From the NCBI GenBank assembly GCA_020631995.1, contig JACKGJ010000002.1, positions 90,773 to 154,772 on the forward strand: a DNA stretch of 64,000 nucleotides, given 5' to 3'. The stretch is from Candidatus Nomurabacteria bacterium. Lineage in GTDB: Bacteria; Patescibacteriota; Minisyncoccia; Phycocordibacterales; UBA918. Below, in pieces: positions 63,230 through 64,000 of this stretch. The stretch's first letter is position 1, and every line of letters begins with the position of its first letter. The position numbers and the translations under genes are program-made. The notes below the pieces were generated by a model. That model worked only from the letters and a program-made list of their open reading frames with translations, ran no database searches and was not told where the DNA came from.

Positions 63230-64000
63230 TTAGTATGACTTTAGTCTCCTTGCCTTATCGTGTTGTCTGATCTTCTCTAGAGCCTTTGCTTCAATCTGAC
63301 GAATACGTTCACGAGTAACTCCAAACTCAGCTCCTACCTCTTCAAGGGTGTGATAAGTGCCATCAATTAGTCCATGACGCATTTCGAGAATCTTTCGCTC
63401 TTTCTCGGAAAGAGTGTCTAAGATTTCTAGGATTTGGTCAGTTAAAATACTGTGAGACACTTCTTGGTCAGGAGAAGTAATTTTGTCGTCGGCGATAAAG
63501 TCGGAGAGTCTTGAGCGGTCATCGTCATCTCCCACTGGAAGCTCAAGCGAGATAGTATCCTGACTAATCTTTTCAATCTGATAGATTTTCTCTACCTCTA
63601 CTCCCATCTCAGTAGCGATTTCCTCAGGCATAGGATCACGACCAAAGTCTTGCGCTAAACGGCGAGAGACCTGCTTGTACTTGGCCATAGTTTCAACCAT
63701 ATGTACTGGAATACGAATGGTACGAGATTGGTCTGCGAGCGCACGAGTAATAGCCTGACGAATCCACCAAGTAGCGTAGGTAGAAAACTTAAAGCCCTTA
63801 GTGAAGTCGAATTTATCAACTGCCTTAAATAGTCCTAAGTTCCCTTCTTGAATAAGGTCAAGTAGAGTCAGGTCAGGAGAGCGTCCAACGTATTTTTTAG
63901 CAATAGATACCACTAGACGGAGGTTTGCTCTAGCTAGTAGGTTTCTAGCCTCTTCGTCTCCATCTAAAATACGCTTAGCTAGAGTGCGCTCCTCCATCGC
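63230..64000 (-). CDS. rpoD: Primary sigma factor (regions 2-4), N-terminus beyond the right edge
   Basis: [31 protein letters not shown] (region 2) and [24 protein letters not shown] (region 4.2). Confidence 0.9.
   Translation of the reverse strand, partial: AMEERTLAKRILDGDEEARNLLARANLRLVVSIAKKYVGRSPDLTLLDLIQEGNLGLFKAVDKFDFTKGFKFSTYATWWIRQAITRALADQSRTIRIPVHMVETMAKYKQVSRRLAQDFGRDPMPEEIATEMGVEVEKIYQIEKISQDTISLELPVGDDDDRSRLSDFIADDKITSPDQEVSHSILTDQILEILDTLSEKERKILEMRHGLIDGTYHTLEEVGAEFGVTRERIRQIEAKALEKIRQHDKARRLKSY

Overview
This is a 64-kb chromosomal window, moderately AT-rich and tightly packed, mostly on the minus strand. The housekeeping genes look like those of a small-genome bacterium. 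A CPR/Patescibacteria-like origin is my inference from gene architecture only; I ran no database search.

Recognisable content:
- Cell division and cell shape: mraZ-rsmH-ftsL-ftsI-murF and mreB-mreC-mreD-mrdA, plus a second MreB paralog divergent from an HTH-fused murA.
- Translation and RNA: lysS, greA, proS, frr, def-fmt, hpf, truB, rpmG, prmC, hisS and a partial rpoD.
- Replication and repair: a holB-like gene, a priA-like gene with a degenerate Walker A, mutM, ung, a UvrD-type helicase-nuclease and a partial PIF1-like helicase.
- Envelope, transport and metabolism: rseP, mgtE, tspO, a DsbB / C39-like / L,D-transpeptidase cluster, a GH18 hydrolase, class I aldolase, an ABC-2 exporter, uppP, a DsbA-like protein, an NhaD-like permease and a Nudix hydrolase.
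- Three tRNAs: Glu-CUC, Asn-GUU and Ala-GGC. The tRNA-Asn anticodon loop is split by a 221-nt ORF-less group I intron.

Most unusual feature: at 3059-4948, four direct copies of a 27-nt repeat punctuate an array of one-gene cassettes. Each cassette has its own promoter, SD and terminator, gene orientation is mixed, and G+C is elevated. The repeat resembles the 3' end of the tRNA-Glu gene 3.2 kb away. The window contains no recombinase, cas gene or transposase.

Similar G+C-rich one-gene modules are scattered between core operons. One sits beside a duplicated tRNA-Asn 3' end and shares its non-coding 3' module with an array cassette. Two others are tandem paralogs with identical terminator stems.

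Several intergenic elements look structured but I could not classify them: two three-way junctions, a 190-nt nested inverted repeat upstream of mgtE, and a phased GTGG operator upstream of mraZ. All family calls rest on motifs read by eye from the ORF track or from my own translations.
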